Position numbers and translations under genes: made by a program. The notes below the pieces were generated by a model. It did no database searches. It saw nothing but the letters and a program-made list of their open reading frames with translations, and had not been told where the DNA came from. DNA of 63,719 nucleotides, filler included, from Sphaeroforma arctica JP610 (Eukaryota), in NCBI RefSeq assembly GCF_001186125.1. It is 5 parts of 2 records of this genome, joined end to end, with 100 filler letters (N's around TTAATTAATTAA, not from the genome) between each part and the next. Parts side by side here need not be neighbours in the genome. Positions count along the whole stretch, not along the records: positions 34,661 to 52,394 come from NW_014040534.1; 4 more parts are not named here. One strand, written 5' to 3'. Positions within the stretch are counted from its first letter, which is position 1, and every line of letters begins with the position of its first letter. Shown piece after piece: positions 37,739 to 50,186 of the stretch.

Positions 37739-39399
37739 GCATATATAGATATATATATATAATAAAATATATGTACATATATATATATATATATATCCGA
37801 AAAATATTTATCATTCTGTAATATCATGATTACGAGGAAATAATTGCAGTAAACTTTGCCTTTATTATCATAAACTGGTCTGCCTTCACTGATCACTTTT
37901 ATACTCAAATACAGCCAAAGCTCATATACCATATTTTATTGCCGGTTTATATTTCATTTAAATTATGTATCGGAAGTGCTATATTTACCTTGTAAAATAT
38001 CTTCTAATAAACATTTTACTAACCCCTAGACTCGAAACCATAAAACTCTTTTAAAAAACGGTGTGTCAATGATAGGGAAAGCATCAACTTTAAAATGTGC
38101 GGCTCTGTCCACCCAATTTGCCGACTAATAAACGAATAATCGGATTGTTAGCCGAGCAGAGCGTTTACCCTTGCCTTGTGTATGATCTGGTTCCTGTCCA
38201 ACTTACAATAATACTAGTTCAACTTTGCATGTGTATGCCTTTGTGATGCCTATGTGAACTGAAGATATCGTTTCCAATCTAGTGTATTTGTTTTAAAAGG
38301 GAAATGGTTTTCCATTACAGTTTAGACCCATCTTATGAGCATGAGCACTTTCACTCTTCCTCGAGGTACAGCTCGGAGAGTAGAACCAATAGTGCTCATG
38401 ATACACGAGTGTACTGATATTGTAAGCATGAAATGGCATAGCTGTGTGTACATTCAAAACTATATATTAGGATTGTTAGGTCACCCAGAGACGCGTTGTG
38501 AAGACGGTGGTGCTAAAATTGTGGCTTCTATACTGTGGATGATTGATAAATTTTGTTTTACAGTACCACGTAGTTTATCAGCTTATAATCAACTAAATCA
38601 TCAGTGATTGCGATTTCTTTCAATCTAGTAAATAGAAACAAATATGATAACTTCGGTTCTCAATTGAGAGAACAAAACTACTGATCTCACCACTGTGAAC
38701 ACAAATTATGTAACTCTTTTTCTGACGATAACGCTTTGAACTTCAACACTGACTAGAATTCTTCCTAAACATACTACATATTTACATGACAGACTACCAA
38801 ATATGTTGTGTCGTATATATATTGCAAGCATACTTGTGTGCTCTATAATTTTTGTATGGGCATTGGCTTAACTTAACTCTTTACAGTGATTAATAAGCAG
38901 ATCAGAAGATAACAGTACAAACTTATATGTTGATCTGTTGTAAACTAGACCTGTTTTTAAACACTAGACTACGAAGAAAACCCCCTATAAGAAATATAGC
39001 ATGGACCTCGTGAATTGAAGATATCTTTCATTTGACCCCACTGCCCAACGCGGATATGTACCAAATTTCATCCGAATATGTTATAGTGCGGTTTTTTAAG
39101 TTATGTATATCTATAAATATATGGTGTCAACACAGTCGGCGTACTAGTTGTGATGATTTACGAGATATCTCAGTCTAGTCCTAAATAGGAACAAATGACA
39201 TGAATTCATATTATTCAGAAATATCCCTTCAGGTGGACCACAACAATCTGACCACATCATAAACAGCATGTAACTCGTTAAAACACGATAACTCTTTGAT
39301 TATCAATATAGTTCTCAATTATGGTCTGCACAACAACCTAAAAAAAAATACAAATTACGTCCTGTCTATGATGCATTTCTGTATAGTTCTGTATACCGG

Positions 39400-40400
39400 C
39401 TTACATTCGCAGTTCTGTGCTTCAATGTAGTAGTGTGTTTTTGGACTGGTGTTGCACTTGAAATACAAATCAGATGTCTGCTCACCTTCTATTTGTAGAA
39501 CCATTCTCGTTTATCAGTGTTTGTCTCTTGTTCCCACTCTAGTCGTCTGTATCAATTAACAACATGTACTGGTTGTTGTGAGACTTCTTCAACGATTTTT
39601 TTTCATGGATCTTCCTACTTGTATCTGTGATATGTGTATAGCCTGTGTATGCTTACTTGCCTCTCTATTTCTTTATGAGGTATCTGCTGTGCAGATTATG
39701 CCCTGATGATAATTGCTTGAAGGTGGTTCGGTACTCCCTGTGGGAATTTATTTGTATATAATTGTGTTATCAATTTTATTTGTCTTCGTTTTGCTCATCT
39801 ATCTTTGTGTGATATGTACTCGGTGGGTTGAAAGTGTCCCTTCTTGAATAGATCGATTACCATGTATTTACTTCGCCCCTATTTATTGTCGACTGTGATC
39901 TATATTTTTACCGCGTGATATTCTACATTACTGTATTTCTATTGTCCTATTACCCTTTAATGTCCTATCACTCGTATCCTATTGAATATCTATGAGACTA
40001 CTCTAAAGAGCGGGTGGGGTGTTTGATGTCACTTGTATTTTCTTTCTTATAGAGATGACTTGATATCACTTGTTGATAACTTACTTGATTGTGAACTTTC
40101 ATGGGACCTTTCTAAAGAGTGTGGTGTTTGGTATCCCTTGTGTTCTATTTCGTATATAGATGGCTTGAGATTATCGGGGAATAAAATACTCCAATGTGAT
40201 TATCCATGGAGCTTTTACCCACTTGTGACACTCTTAATATAGCATGTGCACTTGCCATTACAGTTCGCTTCATGGTGTCCCAGTAAGCCTACCTTATATC
40301 CAGATCCTAATGTTATTTTTGGGATGTCTGGGGTCGTCTGGTTTGCCGCGTGATAGTTGATACGTGCGGCCTAGACCTGGTTTGCAATTTTTTATTGATT
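39400..40400 (-). mobile_element. Possible heavily decayed retroelement relic
   Basis: The minus strand is A-rich with many stops. Fragments such as GYKVGLLGHHEANC (degenerate CCHC knuckle-like, ~40260-40305) and KFPQGVPNHL weakly recall gag/pol. There is no intact motif. Confidence 0.25.
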
Positions 40401-42666
40401 AAATGCATCACTGTTGACACCTATACTCTGGTACTAGAGATAAAGTGATATATATGATATAGATTCTTCCTGAGCTAGGAATCACTGTTGGTGCCTTTCT
40501 TTTTGTTTTTGGGTTTCGTTCTCAGGGAGAAAACTTGTTTGTTTGTTTTTTGTCCCGAGTTCTATATTTGCCCTGTTTGTTGGAGGCTATCTTTTGCTTC
40601 TGTAGCTTATCTTCTCTTGTGCTTATAGTTTGTGAAAGTGACTTCGAATTTCTGACACTTTCACAGACTAGTTTTTGTAAGTAGTTATGAAGGTTACTTA
40701 GCATTGACTTGTGTTTACTATACTACCTTGTTGTTCTAGTCTATGTTATAGTGACTTGTCGTGGTAAGGATGTTACTAAAAATATAGAGTTCGAGGGTAA
40801 CTCATAAGATACGACCAAAAGAAACAATAGACCACTTGTCAAGTTCAAATCTCTCAGCTAGGTAAAGTCCAGGTTTGAAAAAAAGCACACCGAGTCTTTA
40901 TCTATGATTTGTTATTTTTTAAATTATACAGACATATAAAAGGTACTGAGCTGCTTGGAAAAATCCGGCTTATCCATTTTTAGTGGTCGTACATTTTGTT
41001 TGTGAATACACATGAAGTACACTTGCATGAGTGCTATAGAGTATATTAGGCTTACACAGTGGACGTCACTGGCTAAAGGCAAGAGGTATTCGTCGGTGGC
41101 ATTTATATTCTCGAATTGTATAAAGAGGGTATGCAGGGTGTCCAACATGACAACAGAATTAGAAATTGGATTTGCGAAACATTGTTCTCGTATATTCCTG
41201 CAAAAGAGCATCACAGACCACGTGAGTTGCGAACCAGGCAGTGAGATATAAGCTTTAGAATATGAATTTTCGAAACACTATTATCGTATGTTCCTGCAAA
41301 AGAGTATCACAGACCACGTGAGTTGCGAACCAGGGAGTGAGATATAAACTCGAATGAAGCAGCATATGTCAATACCAATCAATAAAAGACAACATACCCT
41401 CCCTCAACTCATTTACTCGTAAAAAAATGGATACAGCCAAAGGCACTTTAATTTAAATAAATCAAATTTTGCAAGATAAAGTCAGTAAATGTACATTTTA
41501 TAATGTACATTTAGCGACGTTGTTGAAACCTACATGTAGCGTGATGATTACGGATAGATGGTATTCATTCACGCTTCTCTCCGCAGAAGACACACGCCCA
41601 TACTTTAGGCTCACAGCGTACGCATAGAGCAGGGTTTTAGCTAAACCCTAAAACACATACTATGGAAACTGGCACCGCATTTTATATGAACGAAGAGGTG
41701 TTCTTTATCTATCGTCGCGAATTAACTCGCCGTATGTTTTCCATCGCTGCATCACTCGCCCAGAGCTTCTCGCGCCAGTTCGACAATCTTAACTTCCCTT
41801 CAATCTTCCCAGAACCTCTCAACGAATACGAAGCCTGATATAATTTACCCAACTTGAAATAAACAATATCATCCCTAGACTCACATACAAATGAATGGAC
41901 ACCTCCGAATTGTGGCGAATAGGTAAGCTGAAAATGGTTTGGCATTTCGTCTCTGAATACCAGGATCACTGCAAAATTCAACGATGCAGGCATACGCTCA
42001 TATAAGGGGATAAGATGCGGCCATGAAGTTTACAGTTTCAGGTAAAGCATTGTCTACATGTTTAATTATGAACTTTTTTTTCTATATTGGAATTTATTAT
42101 TGTAACTTATATTCATACTATGCACATTATATTATACTAACTTAATTCTGGTATAAATACTATTCAAATGCACATGGTCACTGAAAGTATGATGGTCTCA
42201 GTCTTGAAGGTAAATCCTTACATATTGCCGCTCTTTTTTGGGTCATGATTCAACAGACAGCTTTGGCAGTGGCAAACTAAACTTCTCGCTACGAATTCGA
42301 CGTTCAAGTAGCTATGTCCGACGGCAAGCCAGATATCGAGCACCACGAGATTTGCATTAGTAGGCTCTGTAGTTGTAACGTGTTAACAGGATATTTCAAA
42401 CTACCTGTAGACCAATTAATTTTAAAAGTACTATGCGAAGCGAGCTGAGACAAAGATAACGTCGTAGAACAAAGTAGATTGATTCAAAATCGGGCAGCAC
42501 TTCAAAACAACACAAACAATCCTACTAATCGCAAAGTTCGTTTTGGTGTTAGACGTCTCATCAATAATAATTGGACAATGATGGGCCTGTATGATCCACC
42601 TTCAGATAAATCCGCTATGATTGTTGGAAAAAGGAAGAGTACTACGGCCTATTCGAGGATTCAAGA

Positions 42667-43475
42667 CACGCTCTGTAACACCACAGCCAAATGAAACTAA
42701 AATCTTTAATGTATCTCCCCTTACTTAATAGGAAAAATAGTATCAGTTAAGAAGAAACATCTTCTCACAGCTTTACAAAAGAAGTGTACTTCTATTTAGC
42801 GAATATCTCAAAGAGTTTAGCTCGACAATTGGCCCGTTAAATGTGAATCCTATTAGCAGCGGTCATCTTAGTTAATGGATCATGTTCAACAGTGAACTTA
42901 CCATCCGCCTGTAACATTAGAGGAACATTATACCCGACATCAGAAGGTGGTGTATCTTGCATATGGAAGCCTTTAACACCTATCATGCCTGGACCCTTCG
43001 ACTTCAATATTTATACAATTCGGATATTAAACGACCACTTATTATCCTGCCTATACTACTGACACAAGTTACAGCATGTTTGTGGTTTTTAAGCCACGCT
43101 CTGTAACACCACAACCAAATGAAGATTAAATCTCAAATGATTTAATAGGAGAAATGATATCAGTTAAGAAGAAACATATCTCACAGCTTGACAAAAAAAA
43201 GGTACTTCTTATTAACGAATGTCCCAAAAGGATTAGTTCGACAACTAGTACGTTTAATGTGAATCCTATCAGCAGCGGTCTTCGTAGTTAATAAATTTCA
43301 GTGAACTGGCCATCTGTCTATAATATTTGAGAATTATTATACTCACCACCAGGATGTAGCAGAACTTGCATATGGAAGCCTTTGTCACTCGTGATACCTG
43401 AACCCTTCCACTTCAACTGGTAGACAATTCAGATATTAAACGATCACTTACTTCTTACGTATACTACTGACACAA
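42667..43475. repeat. Diverged tandem duplication, period ~428 bp
   Basis: cacgctctgtaacaccaca.ccaaatgaa ... tatactactgacacaa occurs at 42667-43047 and 43095-43475. Confidence 0.85.
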
Positions 43476-44027
43476 AGTGAATGTGACATTAATTCTGATA
43501 TGCCGATTAAAGTTGAAAACCTGTTTGAAATATTGTGATATTTGTATGGATAAACAGATTACTTAAAGTTATTAAAAACCCTCCGTTGCATCCAAAATCA
43601 GTGCTGTCTTACAATCTTACTTATATTCTTGGAAGCATCGCAGTCGTAGCATAACAAACATTTTTTTATTGAAGCGTGCCCGCGGATCGTAAGTAGGACG
43701 CCTAAAAGACTCGTCAAGCATATCGTCCAGATCATGACGTATATTCGTTACAGTCTGTACGCACCCCAAACCAAACAATTAATGCAACGACTCGCATACC
43801 TTTACATACTGTAGCAAAACACATAGGTACTACATCTTCAAAGGATTTACTTTGTTGTCCAGGGTTGTGCATACCTAGCTCGTCATCCACCAAAATCACA
43901 AAATTGACATCTGGATTACAAGTTTAGAATTCAGTCCACAGAGGAGCTATTTTATGCGAACTAGTAATGTATTTATATGACAACCTAAGTATACTGTTCT
44001 GATGCACAAAATTGCATAAATTTCATA

Positions 44028-44450
44028 CCCAGCCTACCCAGCGAAGCTCTCCTGGCAGAAAATATCACGTAGTTCACGACAATTAAAATTAAATATATGA
44101 CCTGGGCGATTTAAGTTATTCTGAATACATCTTACGATATGAAAAACAGCGTGTGTACAAGTCTTTTTCGCACTAGACGACATACGTGCGGGTGTTTTGG
44201 AAATCTTCGATTTGCAAAGCCTTTACTCTCTGTTGACCGCCCAAGGCATCTGATCCAGCCTACCCAGCGAAGCTCCCCTGGGTTTTGGAAATCTTCGATT
44301 TGCAAAGCCTTTACTCTCTGTTGACCGCCCAAGGCATCTGATCCAGCCTACCCAGCGAAGCTCCCCTGGTAGAAAATATCGCGTAGTTCGGGATAGTTAA
44401 ATATATGACCTGGGCGAATAAGTTATTCCGAATACGTTTTACGATATGAA
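44028..44450. repeat. Local tandem duplications
   Basis: cagcctacccagcgaagctc occurs three times (~44030, 44256, 44345), with an adjacent ~89-bp near-exact duplicate. Confidence 0.75.
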
Positions 44451-47450
44451 CTAAGAAAAGCAGCATGTAACTGGCGATGTACGTAGGTAGACGTTTTCGA
44501 GACAGCACTAGACGACGTCCGTATGGTTTGAGAAGTGTGTTTTGATGAAATTTCATTCGCAAAGCCTGTACTCTAAAACCCTAAAAAAAATGCTTGTGTA
44601 GATACCGGTGCATCTCCCAAATATCTTAACATATCTTCACCTGTCTGCTTCGCAACAGGGTTCAAAATCAATGTAAGCGACATCTTCTCCAACTCAGAAG
44701 GAGCACGAGGAATGTTTGAATATTGTTTGCGAACACGTCGGGGTTATTGTGGTTGGGACCATAGAGAAAGTTGTTTGTGAACTAATTTGATGGGCTTATA
44801 TTCGCGTCGTCCACGTGCAACGCAAAAACAGCATCATGTTTGTAAACTCAACTAGAATATTTTTACTCATTACCATCATTGTATATATATATCAGATGGC
44901 TGCATGTTGTACCTACCACTAGTTCGGGAACAGCGTTTGCTGAACCTTTTCCTGCGAATATGCTATCCGCAGGCAACATATTGCTCTGCTGTTTTTATGT
45001 AAAGAATACGTGTTTGCCTGGTAAGAATAAGATGGATATATTCAAATACACGCACGCATTCTTCCATTTCACCCAGGGACACGTAATATAAAATGAAGTG
45101 CATTTGCAAGTACGTAATTTTTTTTGTTGAAAACCGACGTTGTTCTGCCCGTGTTTCCAGCATTTCTAACTGTTCTGCGGCGTGCTGGTAGAATACTGAC
45201 TTATTCACCGTATCAACGCAGTTTTCGAGAAAACAACTTGCACGGACACTTTAAATGCACATAATGCTGACTCTAGTGTTTGATGATCACCACATTCGAT
45301 TTACTACTCAGTGCTACCCTCTTCCTCATCAATACATTTATAATTTTAGAATATGTACTTGCTGGTGCCACTTGTGTTTCCGTATAAAGTGACTGTGTGA
45401 CAAGTACTTGTGATTATACGCAGTCTCTTTGATAATTGCAAGTCGGCTTATAAATTGTTACGTTTACCACCGCATCGTCCTCGTAATTCGAATGTACTGT
45501 CCATTTTGGTTTGCTGTTCAGTAAATGGCCGACGATCCAAACGAATATCGACAGTTGCCCCCTCTGTCACCAACTGTTTACTTAGTCGAAAAAAATGCAG
45601 AAGCAAATGACGATAGCGTTCAATTTTATTCCTGTTTGCTTCCTGTCGCTATATTTCTCGCATGCACTATTCGATTTTGTAGCTAGAACGCATGCACCAT
45701 CGTTGTATCAACCTCTAACAAAAGCTTATTACATTTGGGACTATTAATTGAATCAAGTTCGTATGTCTCGCTCACTGGTATCAAGAGTCGCTCATGGGTG
45801 TGAACTTAGTTCTACTATATTGAAATAATATGAGACAATTAAAGTCAGTCAGGGTTTAGCAGCGATAGCTTGTGTAGGAATGATCGGGGTTGCTTCTTTA
45901 TAAGTGTCTTTAATACCCTCGATCACATAGAACGTACTAACCAGCAAATTTGTTTTGCATTTTTCTTAAAAGTTATAAGGGTTTATAGCTCACATGGCCT
46001 CATTCTAGATAAGTAGAGGGATGCGAATACCTTGGTGGGAATAACACCATAAGTAGTAGTTTTGAACTTATATAATTGAGTAACTTACATCTACTATTGT
46101 CTCAAAAAGAGTTAAGTAGATCTAAGCTACTTAGGCTATATGAGCCTCAAATTCATTGGAAAACGAACAAGTAGTTCGTTAATTAAAAACAGATAAAAAC
46201 CAATTTGATCTTTATATTTCAGGCTGACCAGAGGGCACATTTCTACATGGGTGAATTCCTGTGGCTACAACTGACTCGAATCCCTTGCCTAAAATTTTAT
46301 ATTTCTACATACATGGTTAAAGCCGAGCCTATTAATCGATCTAGGTGTCTATTCCTCTTTTGAAATACCACCATAAGATGAAAGTATTTACTGCATATTT
46401 AAAGATCCTTGCTGTTCATTGTGTAAAATTTTGTACAACTCGATATTTCTTCTAGCTAACGCTGCAGCATCACCCTTTTTGAATCGCAGAAAGGGCTTCG
46501 GCATAGGAATACAAAAATAGGGCAGTGAACGGTCACCATCTCGCGACTCTTGCATACAGCTACAGTATGTTGAAACCAAGGGGAATGACTGAACCAGCCA
46601 ACATAGTACTAGGTTATTTGGTTCGCCTGGAAAGTGTCGCGAGTACTTCGATCTCAGTCAGCACGATCCGCCACTGGGTGGATTTCTCCGAAGCTTTCAT
46701 GCTGGGATCTGATGCAGGTGGCAGTTTGATGTTTCAGCGTCTTTACGACGCGGAACACGCTAGTACTCAGTGCATGCTCTGTGTTCGTTTTCCATCAATC
46801 AACCAACTACTTGATTTTCATGATAAATTTACCGAATTCCTCTCCATACAGCTTGTATGTAGTAACAATCATATAGGTGAATATAAAACACAAGTTCAAT
46901 GGTAAAACATATCAACTTACCTCGAAAGTATCGGTTCCGGTCGCATCGGTACCATCGATGCTCTTCCTACGCGTGAACAGCAAAAAAATTTAGCGACTCA
47001 AAACAGTACAAAGAACGACTGAAAGACAGCATAGTATAAAACAGTTGGTAAAACCTTACAATATACCTCAAGGTTAGCAGTTATATATACGTCGTACGAT
47101 GTGCGAAAGAAGATGATATTTATTTTGTGTCCGTCATATTAAATCTTGATAAACTAGCGCCTGTTGCAACGGTCACGTGAAAAAAAAAAGGTCCTACTTT
47201 TCCACCTTGTACACCGGATTCTAAGTGAATTATAGCTAAAATCGTGCCGCGCGGCACTGGTGGGCTTGTAGGGCTGTCTTATCGAGCGGCGAGTGACAGA
47301 AAATAGAAAATTTGTGTTGGGTATAGGAAGAAGTGAAAATTAATGTATGGTATAGTGGCGAGGACAGTCAGTGTTGGGTATAGTGTCAAGGAATACTAGT
47401 GTTGGGTTTAGTGGCGGTGAACGAGAAAGTAGGCATAGCAACGGGGAAAA

Positions 47451-47761
47451 ATCGATCGATAAAATACTTGTGCTTCAAAGCAGCAATAAAGCTACTGCTA
47501 TCCAGAACAGCAATAAAGGCGACGAGGAACGTAGAAGGTTAGCGACAACTATTAAAATCATTGCTGATATTCGTCAGCATGAGATCGAGACGAATATCAG
47601 CAATGATTTGAATAGTTGTCGCTAACCTTCTACGTATGCGCTGTAAATTCTCCTCTTGGCGAAAAGCAACGACTTGCAGACGTTCCTCGTCGCCTTTATT
47701 GCTGTTCTGTTCTGCAGTAGCTTTATTGCTGCTTTAGTGCACAAGTAGTTTATCGATCGAT
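47451..47761. repeat. Long inverted repeat / foldback (~310 bp)
   Basis: Arm 47451-47575 is the reverse complement of 47589-47761. The loop is 13 nt. One arm carries a 44-nt extra segment (47636-47679) flanked by ACGT. Confidence 0.92.
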
Positions 47762-47973
47762 ATCACTCCTTGACCGCTGTCCAATATAGTCTGTTGTTTA
47801 TTCCGCGCATGCCCTCAATTTCCCGTCGTGTTTTTTACGCACGTTGCGCTTCGTTTTCGAGTAAAATAGCGGTAGGACAACAAGCAGCTGGATTAGAAAG
47901 AGACCACTGGCAGCAAGAACAGCAAGAACAGCAAGAACAGTACGAACATACAGCAACTGATAATATTTCATCA

Positions 47974-48048
47974 GTTCAGCCAACCAGATGTGCCAGTCTG
48001 ATGAAGGCTAAGTCTGTAATTCTTGATAAGTGGCAAGTTATTTGTTAA
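47974..48048 (+). ncRNA. Type I hammerhead-ribozyme-like motif with a variant core; also present in both LTRs
   Basis: aaccag-atg-tgccagt CTGATGA aggc-taa-gtct GTAA ttcttga TA agtggca-agtta-tttgtt. Stems I and II can pair, but the core reads GUAA instead of GAAA and stem III is weak. Confidence 0.35.
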
Positions 48049-48474
48049 CCAGCTCTCCCTCGGACCCAATACCGTCAAATAGCTCTGCCTTGGACCTAAC
48101 CCTAACGTCAGCCTCCCCGCAACCGAATCTCCTTCGGCTAATTTCCCCTAGTGAATCCCCTCCTCCCCCCCCACATGAAATACGTCCATCGACCCTCCGC
48201 CAGCTTAAAAATGTCTACTGTCTGGACTATATATCGCCAATGCGTTCCCCAAACCTATGTATATCTACAGCTGCCTCCCTCCCCAATGACCCTACGTTCA
48301 ACCAGTACGCTCATCGATAACCTGTCAATCAATTAGAATTTCTCGCTTGACACTCCTTTCCATAACCTAAGTGATTCTGATTTCTCGAGTTGCAATAGCC
48401 GGGTCTCTAAATTAGACACTATGTTATGATAACCTGGTCCTTCTCGGTATTTCGTACTCTGCACTAACCCATTC

Positions 48475-48779
48475 CGTGGCACTACACGGCGCAGACCCGA
48501 TCCGTACCACAGAGGTGGGTACTCTACTTAGTAGGTCAGCAAGCGAATATATGGCACATTCGATAGTAACAGTGTTTTGTCAACACCGGCCCGAATTGAC
48601 TCAGCACATATCTTCCATTGTCGACTCACTTGGCCCAAGCTTCAAACGGGAATTTACTGACCACTTCTTCCCATCAATCTTTCCTGAACCACTACAGCGA
48701 CTATGAGAGCCATACCATATGTTCATACATTGTATCATACATACTTGCCATTTTTGAAATAAATAATATTATCCCTATG
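48475..48779 (+). repeat. Dispersed repeat, copy A (inverted copy at 54200-54501)
   Basis: Shares ..GADPIRTT..GTLLSRSASEY..SSIVDSLGPSFKR coding potential and the 3' tail tttgaaataaataata..atccctatg with the reverse complement of 54200-54501. Confidence 0.85.
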
Positions 48780-49494
48780 TTATAAACGTACTCTTAAAGA
48801 GTACGTAAACTATAAACGTACACTTAATAGTACGAGGAACTTAAGTTTCCTAAAATGGTTTTTAACGGTTTTTATTAATTAAATACCTTTTCCATTTTAC
48901 ATATCAGATACTTGGATAAGGCGATTAAAAGGCCAGTAAAATGCCAACGATATGATTTGGACTAGTTCTATTAATACAACTAGTTCTATTAATACTTCGT
49001 TAGCGAGATGGCTCAACTGAATATATGTTTCTAGGGACTATTAGCGTTACATAGCTTAACCTCCGTTCAGCCAACCAGATGTGCCAGTCTGATGAAGGCT
49101 AAGTCGGTAATTCTTGATAAGTGGCAAGTTATTGGTTAATGCAATAACTATGGACATCAAGAGTATTTTTCTTTTTTCTTCTTTTCTTTTTCTCTAAAGA
49201 TAGAATTTTATGAGTCTCTCGGATTCGACCCAACGAAACATACCATAGTTTCTAATAAAGCGACAACGAAACACTAAATAAAATCCCTTCGGCGAAAACA
49301 GTGCTGAGAAGATTATAAATACGCAATGTCTCAGCCTCACAATCCCTCAGAGTATTGCTGTTTTCACGAGGCATATCTAACTTTACTAAAAGTCTCATTT
49401 CGTCTATTTATTTCGAATTTAGCTATACTAGACTTAACCTAAGCATTTAATTACTCTAAGGCGTTAATATCGCCTTGATAGACCGAAACTTACA
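48778..49494 (+). repeat. LTR copy 1
   Basis: tgttataaacgtactcttaa ... gaaacttaca. Terminal hairpin cgtactct-taa-agagtacg; TATA-like tataaat at ~49314. Confidence 0.85.
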
Positions 49495-49624
49495 CATTTT
49501 AAAGTTAGCAAAGGTATTAATCACTTAGACTACTTAAACGTGAAGGTAGATAACTACCACGAAATTTTTCTTTAGCACAGTCATTCCTTATAGGAGAATA
49601 AGACTGAAGTCATAAGTTAAGATT

Positions 49625-50071
49625 ATGACAAAGAAAGACAATACGCCTGCAAAGAAATGCAAGGCCGTACGTAAGAAGATGGAAAGAGAAGCTGCTAGCG
49701 CTGCAGCAGCTACCGCTGCCGCAGAAGCAACCACAGCTACTGCCGATGCGTTTAACCGCACCGTAGCCGAAGCACTTGCCTCCGACAATAATAGTCAGGT
49801 CAATGCCTCGGATAAGGATGCAGCCACTCCGATTAAGAAAACTACTCCTACAGATAGAGCCCGAGGGCCAACTATTGCCTCAACTTCAAAGCTTGCATTT
49901 ACGAAGCCAAGAAGTGAGACAAGGGACACGTCTCAAGACGCCCCAACCAATTCTTCTGACGAAACTCAGAAAGAAAAGTCCCCAAGGCACCTATACCGGA
50001 ACCAGAAAAGGAGGCAAGCTCAAGAGGCAAACCCGAATCTACGTCCGAGACCACTGAACCAACGCGCATAA
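49625..50071 (+). pseudogene. Truncated gag-like ORF of the LTR element
   Basis: 148-aa Ala/Thr/Lys-rich ORF immediately after LTR 1. Assigned by position only. Confidence 0.45.
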
Positions 50072-50186
50072 GTAAGTTAATTACTGAAAACACCGATCTT
50101 AATAATCAGTTAGCCGCCCTTATGAAAGGCGAACTCAAACTACTCACCTAATCTTAGCAGATGACAAAACTTCTAAGTGTGATACC

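Noticed and set aside
49205..49245. Second hammerhead candidate in the LTR (tttatgagtc..gacccaacgaaac)
   Set aside because: It lacks the CUGA core, and the putative stem II is not preserved in LTR 2.
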